From a virus, in IMG/VR virus record IMGVR_UViG_3300036766_000644, positions 48,685 through 112,684 of that record: a stretch of DNA of 64,000 nt. One strand, written 5' to 3'. The position numbers were made by a program, and so were the translations under genes. Positions 9,901 through 18,841 of the stretch are shown here, in pieces; positions within the stretch are counted from its first letter, which is position 1; each line of letters begins with the position of its first letter. Below the pieces are notes generated by a model. That model saw only the letters and a list, made by a program, of their open reading frames with translations. It was not told where the DNA came from and made no database searches.

Positions 9901-11736
9901 GGAGACGCCAGAACGAATGTCCCCAGGCTCGAGCTCGAGCTTGAAACACAAGCCCTTGATCGTCTTTTGGCGCTTGACGGCGCCGCCCCTCTTTTCGAAG
10001 GAGTTCTTTTCGAAGACGAAATCCTCGGCGTGCTTCTTCCCGCTTGGGTCGATGTAGATGTACTGCCCGTCGATCCGAACTACCTTCCCCGAAACAGGGG
10101 CGAAAGGAAGCTCCATCAACGCCAGGACCTTCTCCCAGCTCGAGTGCTCCTTACCTTCAGAGTCGCGAATGCCGGATTGAACGAGAGGCGCCTCGCGATG
10201 TACGAGGGGCAGCGCCTGCGTCATGGACTTGCCTCCCATGATGCCGCGGTTCCCCTGCACGGACTCCAAGAAGGGGACAAGGTTTGTCGCCGGGGAGTAG
10301 AGGTGAGAAGCGTCAACGAGGGCGTGCGTGCACGTCGATGCCGGAACCATTTCGACGGTTCCTTTGCGCATCGCAGAGATCATCCCAGACGTCTTCTGGT
10401 TCGGGAACGAGATTACGGCGTTGCCCATCTCCGCCGCGGACAGGAGCGTGTTCTTCCCAGTCTTGAGATCCTTCACCGGGGCGTAGAGGTTGCCGCGCTC
10501 ATCCCTGTGAGCGTACATCGCGGTGCGAATGTCGATGCCCGCTCGGAAAGTCTCCGACGTCCGCACCGGGTCAAGAAGCCCGAAGTGGCTTGAGTGAATC
10601 GTCCGAGCTTCCGCCGGGATTGCCCGCTCATTGGCGATGCCGCCTTCGCCCAGCGAGGTCACGCGAGCTGCGTGGTCGATTGCCTCCATGGGGTTGATGT
10701 GCGTCGGGATCGAGCTCAGCTGAGATCCTGTGAGGAAGCTTCGAATGCCTGCGGAGAACGGAGACGCGGGGAGGATCGTCCGGAGCTCCGTCTTGTGCGT
10801 TGCCCGGCCCTTCACCTTGCTGGCGAGAGCTCGTGCATCCAGGGTGATGCGCTCTTTGATGAAGTCGTCAACGGAGTGGTACGTCTTGAACCGAAGAGCG
10901 TCGCGGTCGTCGGTGTCCTCATTGTTCTTGTAGACGTTGAGGAGGCGCTTCGAAGCAGTCAGCAGGGCGAGGGGCGTCACCGACGCGAACTCGTGCCCGA
11001 GTGTTTCTTTAGTCACCCCAGGGTCCATCGCTGTCGTCGAGTACGCCGCTTTCACAGCCTCCAGCTGTGTCTCAGGGTTCGTCGCCGTTCGCTTGGCAGG
11101 ATGGACCAGTTTCTCGTAAAGCTTGGCGAGGTGTTTGTCGTGCTTTCCGTCGAATTCCGCCTCATTCTTTCCCGCGACATCAGAGCCCCACGCCGTAGCG
11201 ATCTCCCCGTGAGCCGTACCGAGCTTACGGAGTACTGAGTAAAGAGGAATCGCGGTGGTCCCGTACTCGATGTACGGGTGACCCTTTGTAGGGTCCATGG
11301 ACAAGCGGAAGTTCATGCCCTTCGACAAGTTGAAGGCTGCCTCGAGCTCTTCGTTTCCGCGACGCCGAGTGTACACACCTGGCTTGAGGCGCAGCTGGTT
11401 CGAGACGTTGTACTCGTTGCCGTCCAGGATGAAGGTGTGGCGCCCTGTGAAGTAGGGGAGGTTCAGCAGCGTGAAGTTCTTGACCTTCTCGAGCTCCTTG
11501 CCCGCTGCGTCACGAAGGACGACGGTGCCTTTGACCTGCTCGAACAAGGAGCCGCCGCTGAGCAGGGCGTTCTTCTGATCCTTCGGACCGAAGTCTTTCT
11601 CGTGAACCTTTAGATCTGTGAGCTCGATACGCTTATCGCGTAGCGCCAAGGGGAAAGCCGTCTTGAGCGCCTCCAGCGCCTTCGCCCGAATGTTGGTTCG
11701 GCGAGACTCCGGGTCTGTCATCACAGGGGTCAGCAT
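6925..11736 (-). CDS. fused RNA polymerase beta + beta' N-terminal (catalytic) half, 1603 aa
   Basis: Beta hallmarks GRHGNKGVVSRIIP and GKMEFNALVAHNA (cf. GEMEVWALEAYGAA). Beta' hallmarks follow in the same frame: VLPPIMRPV, NRAPTLHRYGFVGANPV and the NADYDGD Mg-binding loop (cf. NADFDGD). Highly diverged from cellular enzymes. Confidence 0.9.
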   Translation of the reverse strand: MLTPVMTDPESRRTNIRAKALEALKTAFPLALRDKRIELTDLKVHEKDFGPKDQKNALLSGGSLFEQVKGTVVLRDAAGKELEKVKNFTLLNLPYFTGRHTFILDGNEYNVSNQLRLKPGVYTRRRGNEELEAAFNLSKGMNFRLSMDPTKGHPYIEYGTTAIPLYSVLRKLGTAHGEIATAWGSDVAGKNEAEFDGKHDKHLAKLYEKLVHPAKRTATNPETQLEAVKAAYSTTAMDPGVTKETLGHEFASVTPLALLTASKRLLNVYKNNEDTDDRDALRFKTYHSVDDFIKERITLDARALASKVKGRATHKTELRTILPASPFSAGIRSFLTGSQLSSIPTHINPMEAIDHAARVTSLGEGGIANERAIPAEARTIHSSHFGLLDPVRTSETFRAGIDIRTAMYAHRDERGNLYAPVKDLKTGKNTLLSAAEMGNAVISFPNQKTSGMISAMRKGTVEMVPASTCTHALVDASHLYSPATNLVPFLESVQGNRGIMGGKSMTQALPLVHREAPLVQSGIRDSEGKEHSSWEKVLALMELPFAPVSGKVVRIDGQYIYIDPSGKKHAEDFVFEKNSFEKRGGAVKRQKTIKGLCFKLELEPGDIRSGVSLEGKKWEKKMSLAYGHIPKTVGDDGETVDIYLKEDGTFDHVYVVRQKKRDGSHDEDKCMVGFDSKDAAKEAYQKHGPEWGFGSLEEYTWDEFQDDYLSERQREKAAAEADLIRVPYEDNFPFASKTYLHHDILVKPGDHVEANQRLADSNFTRDGAFALGRNMTIGYIPYYGLNSNDAVVISEGAADKLTSEHMYKEVLEVERDAVVGREMHRQYYGPKYTADQYRKLDANGVVRKGMKVMPHDILIAGVTKGKLSASDTLLANFKKTLVNPYRELVRTWDHDFEGDVTDVHVTDKRVLVTVRTKEPMRVGDKLTGRHGNKGVVSRIIPDHQMLQDEGGKPLDVLYTSAGIISRINPAQVLETCVAKVARKIGKPIAVANFSGRDNVQWTKDLMKEHGVKDKETVFDPVSGKKIPGILVGPQYVLRLFKTTETNFAARGTGAYDVNQQPIKGGDEGAKAVGKMEFNALVAHNARNVLRETAAIKSQKNDEFWKAIQLGLPLPPLKTTFAYDKFIGMLHGAGVKVDTRGSLSTLSPLTDKDIMRMSSGAIQNEKLVRAKDLAAERGGLFDPAVTGGTDGTRWSHIDLAESVVNPVFAEPARRLLGMTAKDFDLFRFQHGADAVKKKLNAIDVPGQMQTIRESIKKSSGVKLDDAVKHLKFLSALNKQGLKPGDAYVLTKLPVLPPIMRPVQAGKGGSELVVGDANYLYAAAMLHNKALQRQVESPILPPDEHAKLRQNLFNAVGAVIGTHESDNPKLLKRNVKGFLEHITGKTTPKSSFFQKKIMKRQQDVSGRGTIAPDGALGMDEIGLPIDMLWGMYGKFVIARLVRQGFNAVRSKEMVEEKHPAALTALMVEIKERPVMVNRAPTLHRYGFVGANPVPVAGKTIRVNPFIELGMNADYDGDTFQIHVPVLPGAVQEVKGLTLSNLLFADREKNSLMVAPRMEAMLGIHLATKAVGSDNAKTHHFKTKADAYAAYKRGEINLNTKVEVGP

Positions 11737-11819
11737 GTCCGTAAGTATAGCTCCCTTTTTGGTATCAGTAGCTGAGTCCCCACTTAGGGCTCAACTCGCA
11801 GTATCACCGGAGGGTGAAC

Positions 11820-12614
11820 ATGGGAACGAGTAAGAAAAAGAAGACGACGCGAAAAGTACTTCACGCAGGGCACGAGGTCGCAAATCACCTCGTCAACATC
11901 CGCGACGTGGGTGACGCTACGCTACCCGTAATCAAGCTGGCGTACGTGTGCATCAACGACGATCCGAAGGCGTGGAGCAAGCGAAGCGGTGGGATGATAA
12001 GCGGGGCGATGCCCCGGAACGCAAAGATCGCAGCGAAGCTGTGCGCAGGAGCCCGCTGCTTCTTTTGTGGTCGGCCGCAGGAACCGAGCCCGGCGAAGAC
12101 GTTGCTCGACTTCCATCCCGAGTACCCGCTGTGCGAGTGCTTGATGCCACTGCGACAGCTGGCCTACGACTACATCCCGGACTGGCACACGCCGGAGGGG
12201 AACAAGCTGCTCGTGGAGAAGGCGAACGCCGGGGCGTTGAATCGGAACGACCCGGTGTACCAGTACATGTGTGACTGCGGAGAAGGTCCGTACGTCGTAC
12301 ACGTTGGGCGCGTGGCTCATGCGCTCACGATGTTCAAGAGGCACCGGAGGTTGACGCGGTGCGATGCGTGTTACCGTAAGATGGCGCAGCAGAAGTTGTT
12401 GCAGCGGCGCCAGTTCGAAGCACGGAAGGACCCGCTGAAGGTGGCGGTGCAGGAGCTCATCGAGAAGCCGAAGACCGGCCCGGAGGGGAAGATCACTCGG
12501 GATCGGAAGAACAAGAAAAACAAGCCCGTCGAGGGAGCACATCCCGTGTTCATCCCGACTGTGCTGCAACCCCTGTCGGCGCTCGAGGCAGCGCCTGAGA
12601 CCACCCCCACGTGA
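11820..12614 (+). CDS. hypothetical Cys-rich protein with multiple CxxC pairs (265 aa)
   Basis: ORF divergent from the RNAP operon. GGAGGG lies 5 nt before ATG 11820. The track begins it at GTG 11814. Confidence 0.65.
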   Translation: MGTSKKKKTTRKVLHAGHEVANHLVNIRDVGDATLPVIKLAYVCINDDPKAWSKRSGGMISGAMPRNAKIAAKLCAGARCFFCGRPQEPSPAKTLLDFHPEYPLCECLMPLRQLAYDYIPDWHTPEGNKLLVEKANAGALNRNDPVYQYMCDCGEGPYVVHVGRVAHALTMFKRHRRLTRCDACYRKMAQQKLLQRRQFEARKDPLKVAVQELIEKPKTGPEGKITRDRKNKKNKPVEGAHPVFIPTVLQPLSALEAAPETTPT

Positions 12615-12670
12615 ACATTCGCTACGTGACCTGGATCCCCTTCTGGGACTTCAGAAGGTAACCAGGTTGG

Positions 12671-12698
12671 CTTCCCCGTGAGAAACTTCACGGGGAAG
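12671..12698. terminator. hairpin between convergent genes (CTTCCCCGTGA-gaaac-TTCACGGGGAAG, 11-bp perfect stem)
   Basis: Inverted repeat read directly. Lies between the end of 11820..12614 (+) and the end of 12710..13207 (-). Confidence 0.5.
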
Positions 12699-12709
12699 TC
12701 TGGTGGTGG

Positions 12710-13207
12710 CTAGAGATCAGGCTCAGGAGACGTACCGTCAACCCCGACCTTGGTTGCTTTTTTTGCTTTGGCCTTCTTCTCGAACCACCGCACGGACATC
12801 AGGAGACTGCCGTCCTTTTGGGGGTACTCCTGCTCTGACCCAAAAATGTGCTTACCGGAGAGAGTATCGTTGATCGTGGTCTCGTACTCCTCCTTCTTCG
12901 TGTGCGGGCACAGGTAGTCCCCGACATCCGGGAGAGACGCGGCTCCTGATGCCAGGTCCGCCCCGCACCTGGCGCAGGCATCCCAGGGGCGGAAGATGAG
13001 GAACACGTCACGGTGGATCTTGAAGTCGAACGCGGTTACCCCCGCGATACCGTCCTCTGACGTTTCGACCATTCGGTGCGACGGGTTCGACTCCAGCGGG
13101 AAACCGTCGGGAAGATCCTTGCCCAGCGACTCGAAGTCCGCGGGCGTACGCATCGCTGAGTTGAGGATCGACGCGAAGTCAGACCCGGCTTCTGTTTTTA
13201 GGGGCAT
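12710..13207 (-). CDS. hypothetical protein (165 aa)
   Basis: ORF with GC3 bias, downstream of the 575-aa gene. Confidence 0.6.
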   Translation of the reverse strand: MPLKTEAGSDFASILNSAMRTPADFESLGKDLPDGFPLESNPSHRMVETSEDGIAGVTAFDFKIHRDVFLIFRPWDACARCGADLASGAASLPDVGDYLCPHTKKEEYETTINDTLSGKHIFGSEQEYPQKDGSLLMSVRWFEKKAKAKKATKVGVDGTSPEPDL

Positions 13208-13216
13208 CGTGCGTCC

Positions 13217-14944
13217 TTACATCGGCTGCGGTTGGCCAGCTTGCGCTTTCGCTTGGGCACCTTGTTGGTTCTGCATGTCCTCGAGCCGCTGAACGACCAC
13301 GGCGTACATGACGGCGTCCTCTGCTTGGAGACTGTGCATCTGTGACCGCCGAGACCCCGGGTCGAGGCCCATGAGCTGTTGTACGATCTGGTCCGCTTGC
13401 GCGATGACCGCCTGCTGATCGTAGTTGAGCCCTGACGCCTGCTGCGCCTGGTTCTGCACCTGCTGCGCCAGGTTGTTCTGGAGCTTCTTGACCTCGTTCT
13501 GTACGCGCATCTGGTGTCGTGTCTCGTCGAGCGTCTCTTGAAGGCGCTTCTCCCGCTCCTCGTCGAGATCGATGTCGAGCTTCTCCATTACGGTGGTCAT
13601 CGACACGTACTGCTGCCCCTGCTGACCGGTGGCCATGTTGATGAGCATCTGCTTGGACTCGGTATCGTCCACCATCTGAAGCGGCGTGAGCTTGGCCTCC
13701 AGTTTCTCCCAACCGAGGAACTTCGCCAGGCTGTCTGCGTACCACTGCAGCAGATCGTTCATGTCATCGGCGTGGCCTTGTGTCTGGTTCTGGATCAGGC
13801 GGAGCGTGGCCTCCATGCCCGCCTTGGTCAGACCGCCGTACAGGAACTCCTGCGGGATGCCAAGCGCCGCCATGATGCTCTTCTCGGCTTCCTGGAGCTC
13901 GCCGATGGTGAGCATCGCACGCCCGTCGCCGCCCAAGTTCGATACGCCAAGAGCAACAGGCGCCATCATGATGTGCAGAGGGTCGCGACGCCAACGACGG
14001 ATGTTGGTCTTCATCTCGTCCTGCCAGCGGGCGAGTGAGATCATCTGGGTGAAGTCCTGCTGGCCGTTCTGTGCCGGGTGCAGGATGCGCATCGGCACGA
14101 CATGCTCCAGCGCGATGGCTTCGTTCGCCTTGCGCAGGACCAGGGTGTAGAGGAACAGCTTGATGGTCGAGGCGAGAGGAGGGAAGCCCCACTGCTGGTC
14201 GATGCCTGATGGGCTTGCGACCTTGATGTGGAAGAGGGCGTCCTTCTCGAAGCGGAAGGTCTTGTTGTCGCGGATGTTCTCGAGGAACTCCATCGGCATG
14301 GAGTTGATGAGGTGCTTCGACCCCGACTTAACCTGGTCTTTGATGTCCTGCGGGATGTTGTAGTAGTACACCGACTGACCCGTGATCGGGTTGTAGTCGA
14401 TATCCATCAGCTTCGGGTCCCAGCGGATGATGTGCACCTTGCTGGCGGCCAGGATCTTCCGGTCAACCACCGTGCCCTGCACCATCTTCTTGCACTTGTT
14501 GCAGTGGTAGGTGAACGTCAGCTTCTTAAGCTCGAACTTGTAGTCGACGTGATTGATCGACGTCATCGTATGACAAGTCGGGCATTTGAGGCTGCGTACG
14601 AAGGGCTTGTAGATCGAGGTGAAGTGGTTACCGTAGACGTGCTTGTCCAGGGACGCCATCAACAGAGCGGACTTGATCTTTAGCGTCTTCTCGAAGAGGC
14701 GTCGGTAGTTCCGCCGCAGCGCTTCGTTCGACGTGCCGTACTCGATGTTGGTGACGACGAGCTCACCGAATTTACGCAGCGCGGCGTAGACGTGGGCGCT
14801 ATTGTAAAGTAAATATTCGCACCATTTAAAGAGGTCCTTGAGCTTTCGTGGGACGAAGCCCGTGAGAAAGTCGAAGGCCGGGTTGGGGTGTGACGCAGCC
14901 CTGTCGAAGGCCGACATCGAATCTGTGTTCGGATTATCCGCCAT
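13217..14944 (-). CDS. hypothetical protein with CPTC…CNKC zinc ribbon and Gln-rich coiled-coil C-terminus (575 aa). A portal-like role is speculative.
   Basis: Long ORF overlapping the HNH gene by 11 nt. I recognised no catalytic motif. Confidence 0.75.
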   Translation of the reverse strand: MADNPNTDSMSAFDRAASHPNPAFDFLTGFVPRKLKDLFKWCEYLLYNSAHVYAALRKFGELVVTNIEYGTSNEALRRNYRRLFEKTLKIKSALLMASLDKHVYGNHFTSIYKPFVRSLKCPTCHTMTSINHVDYKFELKKLTFTYHCNKCKKMVQGTVVDRKILAASKVHIIRWDPKLMDIDYNPITGQSVYYYNIPQDIKDQVKSGSKHLINSMPMEFLENIRDNKTFRFEKDALFHIKVASPSGIDQQWGFPPLASTIKLFLYTLVLRKANEAIALEHVVPMRILHPAQNGQQDFTQMISLARWQDEMKTNIRRWRRDPLHIMMAPVALGVSNLGGDGRAMLTIGELQEAEKSIMAALGIPQEFLYGGLTKAGMEATLRLIQNQTQGHADDMNDLLQWYADSLAKFLGWEKLEAKLTPLQMVDDTESKQMLINMATGQQGQQYVSMTTVMEKLDIDLDEEREKRLQETLDETRHQMRVQNEVKKLQNNLAQQVQNQAQQASGLNYDQQAVIAQADQIVQQLMGLDPGSRRSQMHSLQAEDAVMYAVVVQRLEDMQNQQGAQAKAQAGQPQPM

Positions 14945-15389
14945 TTGCGATCCTCAAGCGTTCTTGACGGCCTTGGTGTGAACGTGCCGCGGTTCGGATG
15001 CGATGACAGTTAGAGCAGACGACTTCGCACTTGGCCGCCTCCGCGAGTATAGCTTTTTCCGAAAATTTGGAAGACATCATATTCGAGATCGCAGACCGCT
15101 TCTTAAACTGTGGTAGATGGTCGAAGTCCATCACGCAGGGAGGGTACGGTACGCCACAATCGGCGCACGGTCTAGCCTTGAGCCCCTCCACCAGCGCCCG
15201 ATTTCGTTTAGCTGTATCGATGGCGTACTGCGCAAGCCGAGCAGCATTTTTGTCGGCCCACTTACGGTACTCTTTCTTGGAGCATTTTTTACAGTAGCTG
15301 TGGCGGTACCCTTTGGCACTCAGCACGAAAAACTTGAGCAGTCTGCATTTTCCGCAAAGCGAGCAGACCTTGTTCGGCCCATAGTCCAT
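14934..15389 (-). CDS. HNH endonuclease (151 aa)
   Basis: N-terminal CxxC…CxxC finger plus CADCG…DFDHL…CEVVCSNCH, an HNH/His-Me finger signature. Confidence 0.75.
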   Translation of the reverse strand: MDYGPNKVCSLCGKCRLLKFFVLSAKGYRHSYCKKCSKKEYRKWADKNAARLAQYAIDTAKRNRALVEGLKARPCADCGVPYPPCVMDFDHLPQFKKRSAISNMMSSKFSEKAILAEAAKCEVVCSNCHRIRTAARSHQGRQERLRIANGG

Positions 15390-15435
15390 GTGCTATACTT
15401 AGCTTAACCTAACAGGAAAAACAAACGGAGCGTTC

Positions 15436-17493
15436 GTGCTGGACATAACGCTGGAGCTAGTAAACGGGACACCGGTGTTCGCGTCACCTGGGATGTACCC
15501 AGGATTAGAGAGGGTTCATGCGGGGATACTCGACATGGAGAAGAAGCGTTGGCGCTTCCCCGCCTACCCACCTTTTGGCCTACTCGCCGTAAATGATCTT
15601 AAAAAAGTCATCAAGGGTATCCGCTTCTCCCCGGAGGCGGAGCAGCGGATCAAGTGGCTCGAGGGGGTGCCGCAACGCATCAAAGACCGCGTACTCCCTG
15701 AGGGGTTTACCTTCGTAACGAAGCCCTTCGACCACCAAATTGGCGTGCTGGCGCAGATGCTCCAGTACCCTCGTTTCGCGCTGTACCTTGACGCAGGAAC
15801 AGCTAAAACGAAGATAGTGATCGACTACAAGCGCTGCTTCCCAGATAAGCGGATGCTCGTAGTCACTCCCCTTGTAACCGTGGACAACTGGGTACGCGAA
15901 GTAGAGCTACATGCCGGAGGGAGCGTAAAAGCGGTCGCGATGCAGGGCGACCCCGAGCGAAAAAGAGACGTCATAACGAGGTACAAGGAGTACGACGTAA
16001 TCGTAGCTAGCTATGGGACAGCTCGAAACTTCGGCTTTCCCCGGCTCTACCCCGCGACACTCGCAGCCCTCAAGTCAGCGCAAGCTGCTGGGGTTCCGCT
16101 GAGTGCAAGCGGGCTCGCAAACCTTGTCCGGTGGATCCGCGTTATTTCGGATCCGGACCGGCAGCTCGACATGGTGGCGGCGTGGGCGCTTGGTGCCCCA
16201 ATGACCCACGTCCAACGCTTCGCTGCAGCAGAGGCAGCTCAGAGCGCTCAGTGGATGATGGACCTGGACTTCGACATCATCGTTGCTGACGAAAGCCACA
16301 ACCTGAACAACATCTCCTCGCAGCAGACCAAGGTAGCTCTGGCGCTGTCGAGGAAGGCGGGCCACCGGTACCTGATGTCCGGCACACCGACTCTCGGTGA
16401 CCCGCGTCACCTGTACGCCCAGATGAAGTTCCTATCTCCGGCGATCATCCCGGAGGAGTGGCGCGAATTCTCCGACATGTTTTTAGAAATGCACCCGTGG
16501 AACAAGCACCAGGTGACGGGGTTCAAGAACACCAACATCCTGAATACGCGGGTGAATCGCGTCTCTATTCGTATGACGAAAGAGGAGTGTCTCGACCTTC
16601 CTCCGCGGTCGATCATCGACATCCCGGTCGAGCTCTCCAGCGAACAGAAGAAGCTCTACAACAAGCTGGTGGGGGACCTGGAAGCAGACCTCTCTGCGTT
16701 CTTCGAGAGCGAAAGCACCCTCGTCGTACAGAACGCGGCGGTGCTGCTGAACAAGTTGGCGCAGGTTACCTCCGGGTTCATCATCGACAGCCAGCGCAAG
16801 TCTGACTTCTGCGACAACTGTCCTCGGCTGGTCAAGTGCGTGGACGAGAACGTTCAGCCGTACACTGCTCGCTGCGAAGTAGCGCAGAAGCCGCCTCCGG
16901 GCCTGCTCAACGTGCTCAAGGAGAACCCGAAGCTAGAGATCCTCGAGGGGCTACTAGACAAGATCCTTGTGAACGAAAAATCCAAGGTCATCGTATGGGG
17001 TGTCTACCATGCGGAGCTTGACGCCATCACGGAGCTGCTCGAGAAGAAGAAGATCGGGTTCGTCCGGGGCGGGGAAGGTAACGTCCAACAGCGGATCGAC
17101 AAATTCAATTTAGACCCCGAGTGCCGGGTGTACTTCGGGCACGTTGCGACGGGCATTGGAATCACGCTCAACGCAGCGACGTACATGATCTACTACGCAC
17201 TCCCCTGGTCACTCGGGCACTACCTCCAGTCAATCGACCGGAACTACCGAGCGGGGCAGTTCGAGAAAGTAATCGTCTACCGCCTTATCGCGGCGCACAC
17301 CGTGGACATGTTCAAGGCGCTGGCGCTCAATCAGAAGAGGGACCTCAGTGCGTCGCTGACGAACAAGATCGCCTGTGCTACCTGCCCGCAGATGGACAGA
17401 TGCCTCCGGGACAACGTAGAAATGTACGACCCGGCGTGCCTCTACCAACGTAACGTAAAACGCATTGTCGCCAAAGCGGAGCTGCTCACATGA
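15436..17493 (+). CDS. SNF2-family helicase / DNA-dependent ATPase (685 aa)
   Basis: LDAGTAKT resembles Walker A. DESHNLNN is the DExH box. LMSGTPTLGDPRHLYAQMKFLSP is SNF2 motif III. C-terminal QSIDRNYRAGQ is motif VI. GTG start with GGAG upstream. Confidence 0.85.
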   Translation: MLDITLELVNGTPVFASPGMYPGLERVHAGILDMEKKRWRFPAYPPFGLLAVNDLKKVIKGIRFSPEAEQRIKWLEGVPQRIKDRVLPEGFTFVTKPFDHQIGVLAQMLQYPRFALYLDAGTAKTKIVIDYKRCFPDKRMLVVTPLVTVDNWVREVELHAGGSVKAVAMQGDPERKRDVITRYKEYDVIVASYGTARNFGFPRLYPATLAALKSAQAAGVPLSASGLANLVRWIRVISDPDRQLDMVAAWALGAPMTHVQRFAAAEAAQSAQWMMDLDFDIIVADESHNLNNISSQQTKVALALSRKAGHRYLMSGTPTLGDPRHLYAQMKFLSPAIIPEEWREFSDMFLEMHPWNKHQVTGFKNTNILNTRVNRVSIRMTKEECLDLPPRSIIDIPVELSSEQKKLYNKLVGDLEADLSAFFESESTLVVQNAAVLLNKLAQVTSGFIIDSQRKSDFCDNCPRLVKCVDENVQPYTARCEVAQKPPPGLLNVLKENPKLEILEGLLDKILVNEKSKVIVWGVYHAELDAITELLEKKKIGFVRGGEGNVQQRIDKFNLDPECRVYFGHVATGIGITLNAATYMIYYALPWSLGHYLQSIDRNYRAGQFEKVIVYRLIAAHTVDMFKALALNQKRDLSASLTNKIACATCPQMDRCLRDNVEMYDPACLYQRNVKRIVAKAELLT

Positions 17494-17924
17494 GACTGAT
17501 CTTGGAGAAGGAAGAAATCGTAGCCATCCTGGGGAAGCACTTCGACACGGAGCTTGACCCGACGAAAGTCATCATCCGCACGGACCCGTTTGAGATCGAA
17601 GTTTGCGGCCTCCCCTTGGGGTCTGGGGATGCCCCGCCACCGAAGAAAGAGGACAACGTCGTCGCGATGCCCCAGGTTTCGCGAAGAACTCCGGTCGCAG
17701 AGACGCAGCTCGTTCAGCGAGCTGACGAAGACGCAACAACGGAAGACCCCGAGCCCGGAAACGACGGGATGGGTGGAGACGCCGCGGCCATCCACCCTGC
17801 TGCGGTGCTGGCAGCATCGAAGGCGCTGGAGGCGCAGTTGGACCGGGAGAACCCCAAGCTGGCACGCCGGTCCGGGAGGTGGTCGGAAATAGCACCAACA
17901 AGCTCAAAGGATGAGATCGAATGA
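17490..17924 (+). CDS. hypothetical acidic protein (144 aa)
   Basis: ORF with ATGA overlaps at both ends. Confidence 0.55.
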   Translation: MRLILEKEEIVAILGKHFDTELDPTKVIIRTDPFEIEVCGLPLGSGDAPPPKKEDNVVAMPQVSRRTPVAETQLVQRADEDATTEDPEPGNDGMGGDAAAIHPAAVLAASKALEAQLDRENPKLARRSGRWSEIAPTSSKDEIE

Positions 17925-18823
17925 CCAAAGGAAATGTCCTCGAACATACCCAGGTGGTGAACGTGAAAGAATCAAGAACCGACGCGCTGCTCCGCCAACT
18001 GAAGGTGGAGGCGGGCTTCCTCGATCCGAAACTGCCGAAGGGTTTCTTTTCGAATTCGCAGTACAACAGCTGGCTCATCTGCGGACGAGCGTACGAGTTC
18101 AAGTACGTGCAGCAGATCTCCACGCCTGACTACGCCTCGACGAGCCGGGGTAACGCGGTGCACGCAGGGGCTGAGCACATGCTCAACGCCAAGATGGCGG
18201 GCAAGCCCCTGAACATCGACGAGGGGCGCGAAGTCGTCAGTCAGACCTTCGACGCCAAGGCGAAGGGCGTCATCGACTGGGGCGAAGAGGACCCCGTGAA
18301 GGTGAAGAACCTGGCGATGGATCTTTTCAAGGCGTACACCACGTACGCACTACCGAAGATCAACCCAGTCGCCATCGAGAAGGGATTCGCCAAGAAGGTC
18401 GGAGACGTTCCGATGATTGGGTGGATCGACCTCATCGACAAACAGCCCGCCATCGCCGTTCCTGGGATGACCGTGGCCCAGCTGGCAGAAGCACCGAGCA
18501 AGCTGGTGGTCGCCGACCTGAAGACCGGTAAGGCGAAGTGGAGCGAAAAGGAGGTGGCGCTGGACCCGCAGCTAACCCTCTACTCCTTCGTAGAAGGCGT
18601 TCCCGACGTTCGCATCGACCAGCTCATCGCGCACAAGAAGGCTCCGACCTTCATCCAAGCGCCCAGCACGCGTACACCCCGAGACGCCGCGATCCTCACA
18701 GACCACATCAATGAGGTTGCGGAGTACGTGAAGAAGGGTGTATTCCCGAAGACCCCGATCGACAACTGGTCCTGCAACAAGGACCACTGCTCGTTCTTTC
18801 ACCTGTGTCGCGGTAAGCAGTAA
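17921..18823 (+). CDS. Cas4/RecB-like PD-(D/E)XK nuclease with C-terminal Cys cluster (300 aa)
   Basis: GWIDLID…VVADLKTGK forms the D…D/ExK core. C-terminal WSCNKDHCSFFHLC looks like Fe-S/Zn ligands, as in Cas4/AddB. Confidence 0.75.
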   Translation: MTKGNVLEHTQVVNVKESRTDALLRQLKVEAGFLDPKLPKGFFSNSQYNSWLICGRAYEFKYVQQISTPDYASTSRGNAVHAGAEHMLNAKMAGKPLNIDEGREVVSQTFDAKAKGVIDWGEEDPVKVKNLAMDLFKAYTTYALPKINPVAIEKGFAKKVGDVPMIGWIDLIDKQPAIAVPGMTVAQLAEAPSKLVVADLKTGKAKWSEKEVALDPQLTLYSFVEGVPDVRIDQLIAHKKAPTFIQAPSTRTPRDAAILTDHINEVAEYVKKGVFPKTPIDNWSCNKDHCSFFHLCRGKQ

Positions 18824-18841
18824 CCCCCAAAGGAGAATCAA

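Noticed and set aside
8908-10593. 561-aa plus-strand ORF inside the RNAP gene, and similar long antisense ORFs (4715..5518, 1816..2586, 13514..14038)
   Set aside because: Antisense of strongly supported genes. Their R/L/V/H-rich composition is typical of GC-rich antisense frames.
3452-11736. The RNAP genes being a host-derived (cellular) rpoB/rpoC fragment
   Set aside because: Signature motifs are present but heavily substituted (NADYDGD, GKMEFNALVAHNA). The beta-beta' fusion and split are non-cellular. The genes are flanked by phage-type genes with the same codon usage.
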